A DNA stretch of 32,000 nt from Desulfotalea psychrophila LSv54 (GCF_000025945.1 NC_006138.1:2430001-2462000), one strand, 5' to 3'; counted from the first letter of the stretch, positions 1-9,032 are shown. Numbers and translations are program-made. The notes: generated by a model not told the origin, from the letters alone.

Positions 1-81
1 CTGGCTATATTGTCAAACCTGTGCCCACCTGATAAGGCAAGGTGCTGACTTTATAAAAAACAGAGAGGAAGGGGTTCTCCA

Positions 82-1425
82 ATGAAAAAAATAGCGACCA
101 TGGTTTTGCTTTTGAGCATCTTCACCTTTGCCGGGCAGAGCCGGGCTGAACTTAAGATGCTTGATAGCCAAGAGATTATAGCCATTCAGAACAATCCGGA
201 CTGGCTTATTGTCGATACTCGACTCAGTGATGCCTTTAACGGTTGGAAGCTTGATGGGGTGGAGCGTGGTGGACATATAGAGGGGGCGGTCAACTTTTCC
301 GCAAACTGGCTGCATCTTAAGAAAAAGAACCTTAAAGAGGAGTTGCTAGAGATCCTCAAGGCCAAGGGGATAAGCCCTGACAGGCATATTGTCCTCTACG
401 ACGCCAATGGCCTCGATGCCAAGGCCGTTGCTGGATTTTTGAGAGAAGAGAACTACTCTAGGCTCTATGGTTATGATATTAGGGGATGGGCGGCAGATAC
501 CAATCTGGCCATGCAGCGTTATAAAAACTATCAACGCATTGTCCCCGCTGTTATTGTCAGGGCTGCCCTGGCAGGTAAGAGCCCCGAGACCTTTACGGGG
601 AGCAAAAAGATTAAAGTTGTTGAGGCCAGCTGGGGAGAAGAAAAAACCTCATATAGCAAGGGCCATATTCCCGGTGCCTTCCATGTCAATACCGATCGGA
701 TAGAGCCTCCCACCACCAGTGAACCTGTGATGTGGCTCCTGGCCGATAGCCCGACCCTTAAGCGTTTTGCCCTTGAATTTGGCTTTCAGAAAGATGACAC
801 CATTATTGTTGCCAGTCAGGAACCCATGGCGGCCTACCGCCTGGCAACGGTCCTGCGTTATATCGGGGTAGACGATGTCCGGGTCTTAAACGGCGGCACC
901 GACTCCTGGCTTTTGGCTGGCTACCCTCTTGAGACAGAGAGTCATAGCCCTCGCCCTGTGACTGATTTTGCCGGTATTGTTCCGGGCAATTCCGATATAA
1001 TGGATAGCATGTCCGAAACCAAAGCGGGTCTTGATAGAGCCCAGGGTTTTACCCTGGTGGACAACCGCACCTGGCAGGAGCATATTGGCGAGACAAGCGG
1101 TTACTCCTATCATAAGAAGAGGGGACGTATTCCCGGGGCAATCTTCGGTTATGCCGGTACCAGTGGCGCCTATGGCTTAGAGTATTACCGAAACCCTGAT
1201 AAGACCATGCGCAGTGCAGACGAGTTTTTGGCCCTCTGGCAGGAACAGGGCATTAATACCAATAATCACCTCTCCTTTATGTGCGGAAGTGGCTGGCGGG
1301 CAGCTGAAATATACTATTATGCAGATGTCTATGGCCTAAGGGATATTGCTATCTTTAGCGATGGCTGGATCGGTTGGAGTAATGATGAAAAGAACCTCAC
1401 CGAGACAGGGATACCCACAAGATAA
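82..1425 (+). CDS. Secreted multi-domain rhodanese-family sulfurtransferase (three rhodanese-homology repeats, only the last catalytic)
   Basis: 447-aa ORF with a Sec-type signal peptide (MKKIATMVLLLSIFTFAGQSRA/E). It has three rhodanese-like repeats (..LIVDTRLSDAFNGW..GHIEGAVN.., ..VVEASWGEEKTSYSKGHIPGAFHV.., ..TLVDNRTWQEHIGE..GRIPGAIF..). Only the C-terminal repeat keeps an active-site loop Cys (SFMCGSGWRAAE). The equivalent loops of repeats 1 and 2 (LYDANGLDA, VASQEPMAA) lack Cys. Confidence 0.8.
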   Translation: MKKIATMVLLLSIFTFAGQSRAELKMLDSQEIIAIQNNPDWLIVDTRLSDAFNGWKLDGVERGGHIEGAVNFSANWLHLKKKNLKEELLEILKAKGISPDRHIVLYDANGLDAKAVAGFLREENYSRLYGYDIRGWAADTNLAMQRYKNYQRIVPAVIVRAALAGKSPETFTGSKKIKVVEASWGEEKTSYSKGHIPGAFHVNTDRIEPPTTSEPVMWLLADSPTLKRFALEFGFQKDDTIIVASQEPMAAYRLATVLRYIGVDDVRVLNGGTDSWLLAGYPLETESHSPRPVTDFAGIVPGNSDIMDSMSETKAGLDRAQGFTLVDNRTWQEHIGETSGYSYHKKRGRIPGAIFGYAGTSGAYGLEYYRNPDKTMRSADEFLALWQEQGINTNNHLSFMCGSGWRAAEIYYYADVYGLRDIAIFSDGWIGWSNDEKNLTETGIPTR

Positions 1426-1429
1426 GAAG

Positions 1430-1816
1430 ATGACGAAAAAGATTAGCATTGCCCTGATCGGTATTGAACTGCTTATGCTACTGGCCCTTGTCGTTCTGGA
1501 GTATTTCTCCAGCTATAGGGCCGGAATTATGCATCATCTCTACTATAAAAAACGCTACTATCTGACCAGCCTCTATCAACAGGGTTGGTTGAGCTCTCAT
1601 CTGCTGGCTATTCTCGCCTTCACCCTGGTAGTCACCCTCTGCACTCATGGTCGACGGTTAGAGCTGTTGAGATATGGCACCGTTCTCCTCCTGCTTCTCT
1701 TCTCCTATTTTCTGATGAGGGAGCTTAATGTCTATGCCCACCTGCTCATGGTGCTTGAAGGCTGTCTGCTTTTGGAAACCCTAAGGGTCTTATTCTTTCT
1801 GCCAAGAGAGAAATAG
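1430..1816 (+). CDS. Small polytopic membrane protein, hypothetical (128 aa), probably translationally coupled to the upstream rhodanese
   Basis: The ATG at 1430 lies 4 nt after the rhodanese stop (TAA 1423-1425). The track start at 1346 would overlap the upstream gene in another frame. The translation shows about 4 hydrophobic helices (IALIGIELLMLLALVVL, LLAILAFTLVVTL, GTVLLLLLFSYFL, LLMVLEGCLLL). I recognise no family. Confidence 0.55.
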   Translation: MTKKISIALIGIELLMLLALVVLEYFSSYRAGIMHHLYYKKRYYLTSLYQQGWLSSHLLAILAFTLVVTLCTHGRRLELLRYGTVLLLLLFSYFLMRELNVYAHLLMVLEGCLLLETLRVLFFLPREK

Positions 1817-1862
1817 GCCTCTCTTCTCAGCAGTGGAGGGGATTTGCTGTCAGAGAGGAGGC
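1817..1862. terminator. Imperfect GC-rich hairpin between convergent genes (possible terminator for the flavodiiron gene and/or the membrane-protein gene)
   Basis: GCCTCTCTTCTCAGC..GCTGTCAGAGAGGAGGC forms a roughly 14-bp stem with bulges, directly after the 1816 stop. On the - strand it is followed by a T-rich stretch (CTATTTCTCTCTT). There is no clean U-tract on the + strand. Confidence 0.3.
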
Positions 1863-1946
1863 ACCGAGTCCCAGCCCCGCGAGGTTGCAGGGAATCGGAG
1901 ATGTTAGGCTGAGCATCTAGGGCTGAGCTCAATTGAGCGGAAGCAG

Positions 1947-3128
1947 CTATAGACTCTGGACAAAGCTTTTGCCGTACTCTCTGCAGGTCTTTTTACCCTC
2001 CTCATCCGGTGACCAGGTCAGACGCAGACCCTCATCGACCAGTTCAAAACCGGAATCAGTCAGGCGCTGAGAAATATTTTTTACCGCCTCACCGCTCCAG
2101 CCATAGCTACCAAAGGCGCCTGCCTTTTTGCCCTTGAATTTGAGCCCCTTTATCTCCTCCAGCAGGCCCGCCACCGAGACCAGAATGCCATTGTTGAGTG
2201 TGGGAGAGCCCATAAGAATGGCCTTTGATCTGAAGATCTCGGTGATGACGTCGTTCTTGTCGCTCTTGGCCAGGTTGTAGAGCTTCACCGTCACCTCCTC
2301 GTCGACCTCTCTAATTCCGGCGGCAATCTGCTCGGCCATGACCCGGGTGCTCTCCCACATGGTATCGTAGAGGATGCTGATCTGGTTTTCCTGATAGTTA
2401 TCAGCCCATTGCAAATACTTTTCTACAATTTGGGATGGATTATCACGCCAGATGATCCCATGGCTGGTACAGATCATCTCCAAGGGCAGGTTCATGTCCA
2501 GAATCTCCTTGATCTTTCTGGTGACCATGGGACTGAAGGGGGTAAGGATATTGGCATAGTATTTCAGACATTCTTGAAAAAGATCAGCCTGATCTACCAG
2601 GTCGTTAAACATATGCGCTGAGGCATAATGTTGGCCAAAACCATCATTACTGAAGAGGACAGCGTCTCCTGTGAGATAGACAAACATAGTGTCTGGCCAG
2701 TGGAGCATGGGGGCTTCGATAAAGACCAGCTCTTTGGAGCCAAGACTCAACCGATCCCCGCTCTTGACCACCTGGAAGTTCCAATCCTGATGGTAGAGCC
2801 CCTTAAGAAATTTGGCGCAGTTTTTGCTGCAGTAGATGGGCACATCGGGAATATGACGCATCAACTCCGGCAGGGCCCCGCTATGATCATTCTCGGCGTG
2901 ACAGGCAACAATATAATCAATCTGGTCAAGATCGATCTCCCGCCTGAGGTTCTCGACAAACTCCTGAGCAAAGGGTCCCCAGACCGTATCGATCAGGACC
3001 ACCTTCTCCTCCTTGATCAGATAGGGGTTGTAGGAAGAACCCTTGTGAGTGGAGTACTCATCGCCGTGGAATTTTCGTAACTCCCAGTCAATTTTTCCCA
3101 CCCAGTGGATATTATTTTTCACCTTCAT
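1947..3128 (-). CDS. fprA: Class A flavodiiron protein (FprA / rubredoxin:oxygen oxidoreductase type; O2/NO reductase)
   Basis: The N-terminal metallo-beta-lactamase-like diiron domain carries the HxExDH motif (ACHAENDHSGA). The C-terminal domain is flavodoxin-like (ILMGSPTLNNG..AGAFGSYGWSGEA). I moved the start to the ATG at 3128 (MKVKNNIHWVGK..), which follows an AGGGGGA Shine-Dalgarno about 10 nt upstream. The 3221 start of the track ORF adds 31 aa with no RBS. Confidence 0.9.
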   Translation of the reverse strand: MKVKNNIHWVGKIDWELRKFHGDEYSTHKGSSYNPYLIKEEKVVLIDTVWGPFAQEFVENLRREIDLDQIDYIVACHAENDHSGALPELMRHIPDVPIYCSKNCAKFLKGLYHQDWNFQVVKSGDRLSLGSKELVFIEAPMLHWPDTMFVYLTGDAVLFSNDGFGQHYASAHMFNDLVDQADLFQECLKYYANILTPFSPMVTRKIKEILDMNLPLEMICTSHGIIWRDNPSQIVEKYLQWADNYQENQISILYDTMWESTRVMAEQIAAGIREVDEEVTVKLYNLAKSDKNDVITEIFRSKAILMGSPTLNNGILVSVAGLLEEIKGLKFKGKKAGAFGSYGWSGEAVKNISQRLTDSGFELVDEGLRLTWSPDEEGKKTCREYGKSFVQSL

Positions 3129-3502
3129 AGACAGATTTCCCCCTGTTAAAACAAAAGTCGTAGCCGGTGGAAGAGCCCCATGCCCTTCACCAATAGACAG
3201 ATGCCCAAGGGCATTCTGCAAACCATAGCCACTCCTTCAGGATAGCACCAAAGGGAGAAATGAAGAAATGCTGGTTTACTTCAAGGCTACGGGTAGAGGC
3301 CCTAGGCGAAAAACGATCTGGCAATAGATTAGTAGGGGGGATGCAATCAGGTCAGGCCTTGGGGGAATATATAGGCCCTGTTTTGGACAGGCCGGCAAGA
3401 TTCAAGGCCGAGGGTGGTTAAGTAGGGCTGACATTGATTTGGCAAGAGGGCGGCAAGATCATGGTCAGAGGAGAGACCGCCGTCTTTTGTTGCACCCATT
3501 CG

Positions 3503-4090
3503 CTAGAAACATTTTTGATTTAGCAAGCTATCCAAATGTTTAATCACATAATTTCTTGCTTTTTTATGTTTAAACTCCGACGGAACATGAAGAAGAAAGC
3601 CTTGCCACTTGAAATCACTCAATTCGCGGTGACTACTCGCAATATAGTTCCTGAGTTGAAACCAGATTCTCGATGAAAAGCACATAGTTGGTGATGTTTG
3701 TACTGTATTGAGAAGAAGGCTTCCTTGGGCCAAGCCAGTTTATGCTTTCGCATTAGATGACACTTGGAACAATTCACTGAGCCCAGGTCTAAGCCGTGAC
3801 TTTGATAAAGATACTTTGAATGGCACCAATCCTCTGGTTTATAACCTTCTGGCAGATCTCTTATGGCTGTAGCATTACCACCATGAAGCCCCGCAAGAAT
3901 CTTTAAATAATTGGTATTCAAAAAGTTCACTCTCTTGAAAAAAGGCAACATCTTTTTTGAGCTTTATACTCTTAATTTCAGCAAATTCAAATATGCTACA
4001 ACTGCCACAAGATGGACATTGAATATTCACTTTATGAGGCATTGGATTCCATTCGTATGACCAGTTATTTCTATTATCATGCTCCAACAA
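3503..4090 (-). pseudogene. Frameshifted Cys-rich (zinc-ribbon-like) hypothetical gene split over three reading frames
   Basis: Three - strand ORFs (3875..4090, 3619..3951, 3503..3733) overlap head-to-tail in different frames. Joined, they read as one protein of about 195 aa (..NIQCPSCGSCSIFEF.. / ..GGNATAIRDLPEGYKPEDW..VNCSKCHLMRK.. / ..LRNYIASSHRELSDFKWQGFLLHVPSEF..). The segment is visibly more AT-rich than its flanks. The first ORF begins with TTG and has no convincing RBS. Confidence 0.5.
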
Positions 4091-4408
4091 AGTGTTATGT
4101 GGGTTAAGGCAAGGTCAACGTCATTTATGCCAATATTGTAAACTCAGAAATAATCTTATTGCCCAAACTACGGTTGCCGCCCCACAAATGGTTGCATTCA
4201 TATCTGTGCTGTACATAATCCATATGGACAATAATTAAGAGCTATTAGGTGGGTATTGACCGTGCTACCTCTCCTCTTTCTTATTCAAACTGAAGCGCTC
4301 TTTGAGCTAGTTCACTTACTATTGTCTTTCTCTGTGAACTCGGCTGAGGTGGTTAATATTTTTGTTTTGGAGAGAGGTGTTAGGGGGGAGAGGATGGACC
4401 CCTTCTCT

Positions 4409-4470
4409 CCCTTCCCCCTTGAAAAAAGGGAGAACCCCCTCCCGGCCTCCCCCTTGCAAAAAGGGTGAGG
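4409..4470. repeat. Two adjacent copies of a short C5-TTG-A5/6-G5 hairpin repeat (CCTCCCCCTTGMAAAAAGGGKGAGG family), just downstream of the efflux operon
   Basis: The copies are CCCTTCCCCCTTGAAAAAAGGGAGA (about 4409-4433) and CCTCCCCCTTGCAAAAAGGGTGAGG (4446-4470). Each can fold as a hairpin. The second lies 9 nt past the stop of the - strand outer-membrane factor gene (4479). A third, perfect copy is at 11098-11126. Confidence 0.75.
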
Positions 4471-4478
4471 GGCTGAGA

Positions 4479-5909
4479 TCAATTGGTCTTGCCAGTGTCA
4501 CTCAGCCAACTTCCGCCCAAGGCCTTAATCAAGAGGACAGAGGTGCTCATCTGTTCGCCTCGAAGTTGGACCAGGGCCCGTTCTCTTAGCAGGGCACTAC
4601 GCTGTGTATCGACCACCTCAAGGTAGCTGACCAGGCCGGAGCGATAGCGTTTTTCCGAAATCTCCCAGGCCAGTGTGGCTGTAGTTGTTGCCCGTTGCAG
4701 GGCTTTGCCCTGCTCATGAAGAACCTGCAATCCATTAAGGCCATTCTCGACCTCCTGAAATGCGACCAGCACCTGTTGTCGATAATTGGCGATGGCCTCC
4801 TCGTATACAGCCCGTGATTTGTCCAGTTTAGCACTGTTACGGCCATAATCGAAGATTGGTAGGGAGATTGCCGGCCCCAAGCCCCAGGTACGGTTATCCC
4901 AATTAAAGAGGGAGCTTGTCTCATTACTTGCAAAGCCGGTGCTACCGGTCAGGCTGATGGCAGGGAAAAAAGCCGTTTTTGCCACCCCTATCCGTGCCGA
5001 TGCCGCTGCCATTTTTCTTTCGGCTGCTGCCACATCCGGTCGTCGTTCAAGCAAATCGGAGGGAAGGCCGGGGGCGATTGTCGGCGGACTCAGACGCAAA
5101 GATACCTGGGCCAGAGAGAAGTTGGACGCTGGCAGCCCCATGAGCACAGCAATTAAATTTTCCAGTTCCCCCCGTCGTTTTTTCAGGCCAATTGCCTCTG
5201 CCTCGACGGTGGCCAGTTCCGACTCTGCCTGTGAAAGATCAAGCTGACTGACCCGGCCGTTCTCAAACTTACTTTTAACCAAACTAAGGGTGGAGCGGCG
5301 CAGTTCAATGGTTTGCTGCAATAGTCTTGTTTCATTATCCACCGCTCGCAGGGTAAAGTAATTGCGTGCCAGCTCTGCCTGTAGGGTTAACATCAGACTC
5401 TGATAATCAGCTCTTGCACTTTCCACATCTGCTGTGGAAGCCTCTATGCTACGTCTGACCCGACCCCAGAGATCGACTTCATAACTGAGGACCAAAGGCA
5501 AATTTAATTGGGTGCTGAGCTGGTCTTGACCGGGAGAGGTTAAGCTGGCAGCTGTTCGTTGCCTGCCGCCATTGGCATTGAGATCAAGTCGGGGTAACTG
5601 GTTGGACCGGCTGATACCAAGATTTGCCTGCACCTGACTTAAGCGGGCGTAAGCTGCCCGCAGGTTTTGATTTGCCTGTAGCGCATTTTCTTCCAGCCCG
5701 TTTAAAACGGGATCATGGTAAAGCTCCCACCAATTCCCCTTGGCCACGGCATCACTGGGACGTGCCTCTTTCCAGGGAGCGCCATTTTTAAATTGAATGG
5801 GGACCAGGGTCTCCGGGCGTTGGTAGTCCTGACCCAGGGTGCAGGCGGAGAGTGCTAAAAGCAACACTCCACCGAAAAACAGATTACGAATTTTTTTTTC
5901 ACTATGCAT
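4479..5909 (-). CDS. RND efflux system outer-membrane factor lipoprotein, NodT/OprM family
   Basis: 476 aa with a lipoprotein signal and lipobox (VLLLALSAC/T). It shows the two-repeat alpha-helical/beta-barrel OMF pattern (..NLRAAYARLSQVQANL.., ..YEEAIANYRQQVLVAFQEVENGL..). AAGGA lies about 10 nt upstream of the ATG. It is the last gene of the tetR-MFP-RND-OMF operon. Confidence 0.9.
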   Translation of the reverse strand: MHSEKKIRNLFFGGVLLLALSACTLGQDYQRPETLVPIQFKNGAPWKEARPSDAVAKGNWWELYHDPVLNGLEENALQANQNLRAAYARLSQVQANLGISRSNQLPRLDLNANGGRQRTAASLTSPGQDQLSTQLNLPLVLSYEVDLWGRVRRSIEASTADVESARADYQSLMLTLQAELARNYFTLRAVDNETRLLQQTIELRRSTLSLVKSKFENGRVSQLDLSQAESELATVEAEAIGLKKRRGELENLIAVLMGLPASNFSLAQVSLRLSPPTIAPGLPSDLLERRPDVAAAERKMAAASARIGVAKTAFFPAISLTGSTGFASNETSSLFNWDNRTWGLGPAISLPIFDYGRNSAKLDKSRAVYEEAIANYRQQVLVAFQEVENGLNGLQVLHEQGKALQRATTTATLAWEISEKRYRSGLVSYLEVVDTQRSALLRERALVQLRGEQMSTSVLLIKALGGSWLSDTGKTN

Positions 5910-5978
5910 TGTTCAATTCCTTCATCAAACTGTCAATATAATCAGTCTGCCACAGATATTTCGAAGAGTTGCCCATGA

Positions 5979-8900
5979 CTATTTTTCAGCCTCGGGCTCT
6001 AGTGGTTGTCGCTTTTTGGCCAGTAACATATAGACCGATGGCACAACGAAGAGGGTAAGGGCGGTTCCGAGTGTTAAACCGCCGACGATAACCCAGCCGA
6101 TCTGTGAACGACTTTCGGCCCCTGCTCCACTGGCTAGAGCCAGCGGTACACTGCCCAGCACCATGGCTCCGGTGGTCATCAGAATCGGGCGAAGACGGAG
6201 GGTGGCTGCTTCGAGTACCGCCTCCAGCTTACTCTTTCCCTGTTCCTGAAGCTGGTTGGCAAACTCGACGATGAGGATACCATGTTTAGTAATGAGCCCA
6301 ACCAGGGTAATCAGCCCCACCTGACTATAGATGCTGAGACTATTACCTGTACAGTAAAGGGCCAATAGGGCACCAACCATGGAGAGAGGTACGGTAAAGA
6401 GGATGATCAGGGGATCAACAAATGATTCGAATTGGGCGGCCATCATCAGATAAATCATGATCAGGGCCAGGGCAAAGGTCATAATCAGACCGGAGTTGCT
6501 CTCCATAAATTCACGTGACTGCCCCTTATAATCAATTCGGGCGGTTTTAGGCAAAATTCGCTTTGCTGCATCAGATAGAAAAGCCAAGGCTTCACCCTGC
6601 GAATAACCGGGGGCCAGATTGGCACTCAGCACCGCTGCCCGACTGCGGTTAAAGTGATTAAGTGACTGGGCGGTAACACCTTCTTCAATGCTTACCAGAT
6701 TGGCTAGCGGAATCATTATCCCACTGGCGCTCCGCACATGAATCTGGTTAAGATCCTCCGGGACTACCCGCAGTTTATCCTCAATTTTAACAATAACGTC
6801 GTACTGTTCTCCGTCCATTTTAAAACGGGTTACCTCCCGTCCACCCATCATGGTTTCAATGGTCCGGCCAATGACGGCAATATTAACGCCTAAATCGGCA
6901 GCCTTATCACGATCAATCTGCAGGCGCAGTTCGGGCGAGTTGAGCTTCAGGTCGGTTCTGGCGGCAATAATTTTTGGATTTTTACGTACTTCAGCCATCA
7001 GCTGATTGATTTGCTTATTTAATTCCACATAGCTCTCGCTGGTCTTAATAACAAACTGGACCGGCTGATCCATAAATGGCTGACCAAGAGAAGGCGGTGT
7101 GATGGGAAAGCAGAGGACTCCGGGGATTCCGAATAGGCTGGGCGCCAGTTCTCCTGCGATCTGTAGCGAAGAACGTTGGCGGTCAGCCCAGTCTTTCAAC
7201 TGAACAAAGGAAATTGCCTCGGTCACCTTACCACCCATTCCTGCCACGGAAAAAACACCATTACTTTCCGGAATTGGCTGGAGCAATTTTTCAGTTTGGC
7301 GCAGATAGTGATCCGAATATTTCAAATTGGCGCCGTCGGGAGCAATGGCAAAGGTCATAAAGACCCCTCTGTCCTCCAGTGGCGACATCTCTGAAGGGAG
7401 TTGCTGCAACAGATAGTAGGAACCGGCTCCGGCTAAAACGGCAATGGTCAATCCAAATATGACGGTTTTCAAGGACCAGGCAAGAACCCTTTTATAGCCT
7501 TGCTCGATTGCGATGAAAATATTCTCCATAATGGTGAAGATCTTCATATGCTTGTCCTGATGACGGAGCATTTTTGCACACATCATTGGGGTCAGAGTCA
7601 GAGCCACGAAGCCGGAGACAATTACCGCACCGGCCAGAGTCAGGGCAAATTCGGTGAAGAGCTTACCGGTCCTTCCCTCCATCATTGCCACCGGAACAAA
7701 AACAGCGGCCAGGGTCATGGTCATTAAGACGACGGCAAAACCGATCTCCCGCATTCCCTTAATGGCAGCTTCGGCTGGTTTGAGGCCTTTTTCAACATGG
7801 CGGTGAACATTTTCCAGGACAACAATAGCATCATCGACCACCAGTCCAACCGCCAAAACCATTGCCAATAGGGTCAGGGTATTAATGGAAAAGCCAAAGG
7901 CCCACATCAGGACAAAGGAGCCGATTAGAGAGACCGGAATAGTGACCAGAGGAATCAGGGTGGAACGAACAGAACGCAGAAAGATAAAGATAATCAACAG
8001 CACCAGGGCAACCGCCTCAAAGATGGAGCTAAAAACGTTTTCAATGGAGCGCTCAATAAAAATGGAAGAGTCGTAGACGATTTTAGTTTTCATCCCCTCT
8101 GGCAGTGATGCCTTCAGTTCTGGCAGCATCTTATGGAGGGCAATGGAGATATCAAGTGGATTGGCAACCGACTGTTTGACCAGACCAAGGGCAACTGCCT
8201 GGGCCCCGTTATAACGCAGACTCGATCGCACCGATTGGGGACCGATCTCGGCCCGACCAATATCTTTTAACCGGACTAAGGTTGTACCCGACTTGCGAAC
8301 GATAATATTTTCAAACTCTTCCGTTGAGTTGAGACTGGTATCGGAGAGGACAGTAAACTCGCGGGTACTGCTTTCCAGACGACCACCCGGCACCTCTATA
8401 TTCTGGGCCCGGATCGCCTCCTCAACATCCTGTGGCGTCACCCCATGGCCAGTGAGCAGGGCCGGATCAAGCCAGATACGCATGGAGTATTTACGAGCAC
8501 CAAGGACCTGCGCTTCGGCAACACCATCGATCATTTCAATCTGGTCGGTCACATAGCGATCAACGTAATCAGTAATCTCTTCATTACTGTGCTTGTCACT
8601 GGAAAAGGCCATATAGAGGATCGGATCGGCATCGGCTTCAACCTTGGCAATGACCGGCTCCTCGACATCGAGGGGTAGATCAGCGCGCACCCGCCCAACC
8701 CGGTCACGCACCTCAGCGGCGGCATCATCGGCATTACGCTCCATCTTAAAGACAATACTGATCTGGCTCCGTTCCTGAAGACTCTCGGAAGAGATGGTTT
8801 TGATCCCCTCAATTCCCGAGAGGCTATCCTCAATGATGGTGGTAATCTCGGTTTCAATGATCTCCGGACTGGCACCTTGATAAACGGTCACCACCGAAAC

Positions 8901-9032
8901 CGTAGGCTCGTCGATATTAGGGTACTCACGAACCGTCAAACGATCATAGGCAACCAGGCCGATCAGTACGATCAGCAGACTCATCACCGTCGCCAGTACC
9001 GGACGTCTGACACTTATTTCTGATATTTTCAT
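5979..9032 (-). CDS. RND (HAE1-type) efflux transporter permease subunit, AcrB/MexB-like
   Basis: 1017 aa with a canonical N-terminus (ISEISVRRPVLATVMSLLIVLIGLVAY), 12-TM architecture with two large periplasmic loops, and a conserved TM4 region (LAVGLVVDDAIVVLENV). Confidence 0.95.
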   Translation of the reverse strand: MKISEISVRRPVLATVMSLLIVLIGLVAYDRLTVREYPNIDEPTVSVVTVYQGASPEIIETEITTIIEDSLSGIEGIKTISSESLQERSQISIVFKMERNADDAAAEVRDRVGRVRADLPLDVEEPVIAKVEADADPILYMAFSSDKHSNEEITDYVDRYVTDQIEMIDGVAEAQVLGARKYSMRIWLDPALLTGHGVTPQDVEEAIRAQNIEVPGGRLESSTREFTVLSDTSLNSTEEFENIIVRKSGTTLVRLKDIGRAEIGPQSVRSSLRYNGAQAVALGLVKQSVANPLDISIALHKMLPELKASLPEGMKTKIVYDSSIFIERSIENVFSSIFEAVALVLLIIFIFLRSVRSTLIPLVTIPVSLIGSFVLMWAFGFSINTLTLLAMVLAVGLVVDDAIVVLENVHRHVEKGLKPAEAAIKGMREIGFAVVLMTMTLAAVFVPVAMMEGRTGKLFTEFALTLAGAVIVSGFVALTLTPMMCAKMLRHQDKHMKIFTIMENIFIAIEQGYKRVLAWSLKTVIFGLTIAVLAGAGSYYLLQQLPSEMSPLEDRGVFMTFAIAPDGANLKYSDHYLRQTEKLLQPIPESNGVFSVAGMGGKVTEAISFVQLKDWADRQRSSLQIAGELAPSLFGIPGVLCFPITPPSLGQPFMDQPVQFVIKTSESYVELNKQINQLMAEVRKNPKIIAARTDLKLNSPELRLQIDRDKAADLGVNIAVIGRTIETMMGGREVTRFKMDGEQYDVIVKIEDKLRVVPEDLNQIHVRSASGIMIPLANLVSIEEGVTAQSLNHFNRSRAAVLSANLAPGYSQGEALAFLSDAAKRILPKTARIDYKGQSREFMESNSGLIMTFALALIMIYLMMAAQFESFVDPLIILFTVPLSMVGALLALYCTGNSLSIYSQVGLITLVGLITKHGILIVEFANQLQEQGKSKLEAVLEAATLRLRPILMTTGAMVLGSVPLALASGAGAESRSQIGWVIVGGLTLGTALTLFVVPSVYMLLAKKRQPLEPEAEK

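Noticed and set aside
13-315. 100-aa - strand ORF overlapping the start of the secreted rhodanese gene
   Set aside because: It is antisense to a well-supported CDS, has no RBS and no recognisable motifs. This is a typical shadow ORF.
1346-1429. Longer version of the small membrane-protein ORF starting at 1346
   Set aside because: It would overlap the last 80 nt of the rhodanese gene in another frame. The ATG at 1430, right after the upstream stop, gives a sensible TM protein.
2409-3080. + strand ORFs (70 and 150 aa) inside the flavodiiron gene
   Set aside because: They are antisense shadows of a high-confidence CDS and have no motifs.
3129-3221. 31-aa N-terminal extension of the flavodiiron ORF
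   Set aside because: No RBS precedes 3221. The internal ATG at 3128 has a strong AGGGGGA SD and yields the canonical FDP N-terminus.
4256-4589. Three ORFs (4256..4468 +, 4319..4501 -, 4362..4589 +) with P/G/K/L-rich low-complexity translations
   Set aside because: They are artefacts of translating the C5-TTG-A6-G5 hairpin repeats and the adjacent purine-rich tract. They overlap each other and the 3' end of the OMF gene.
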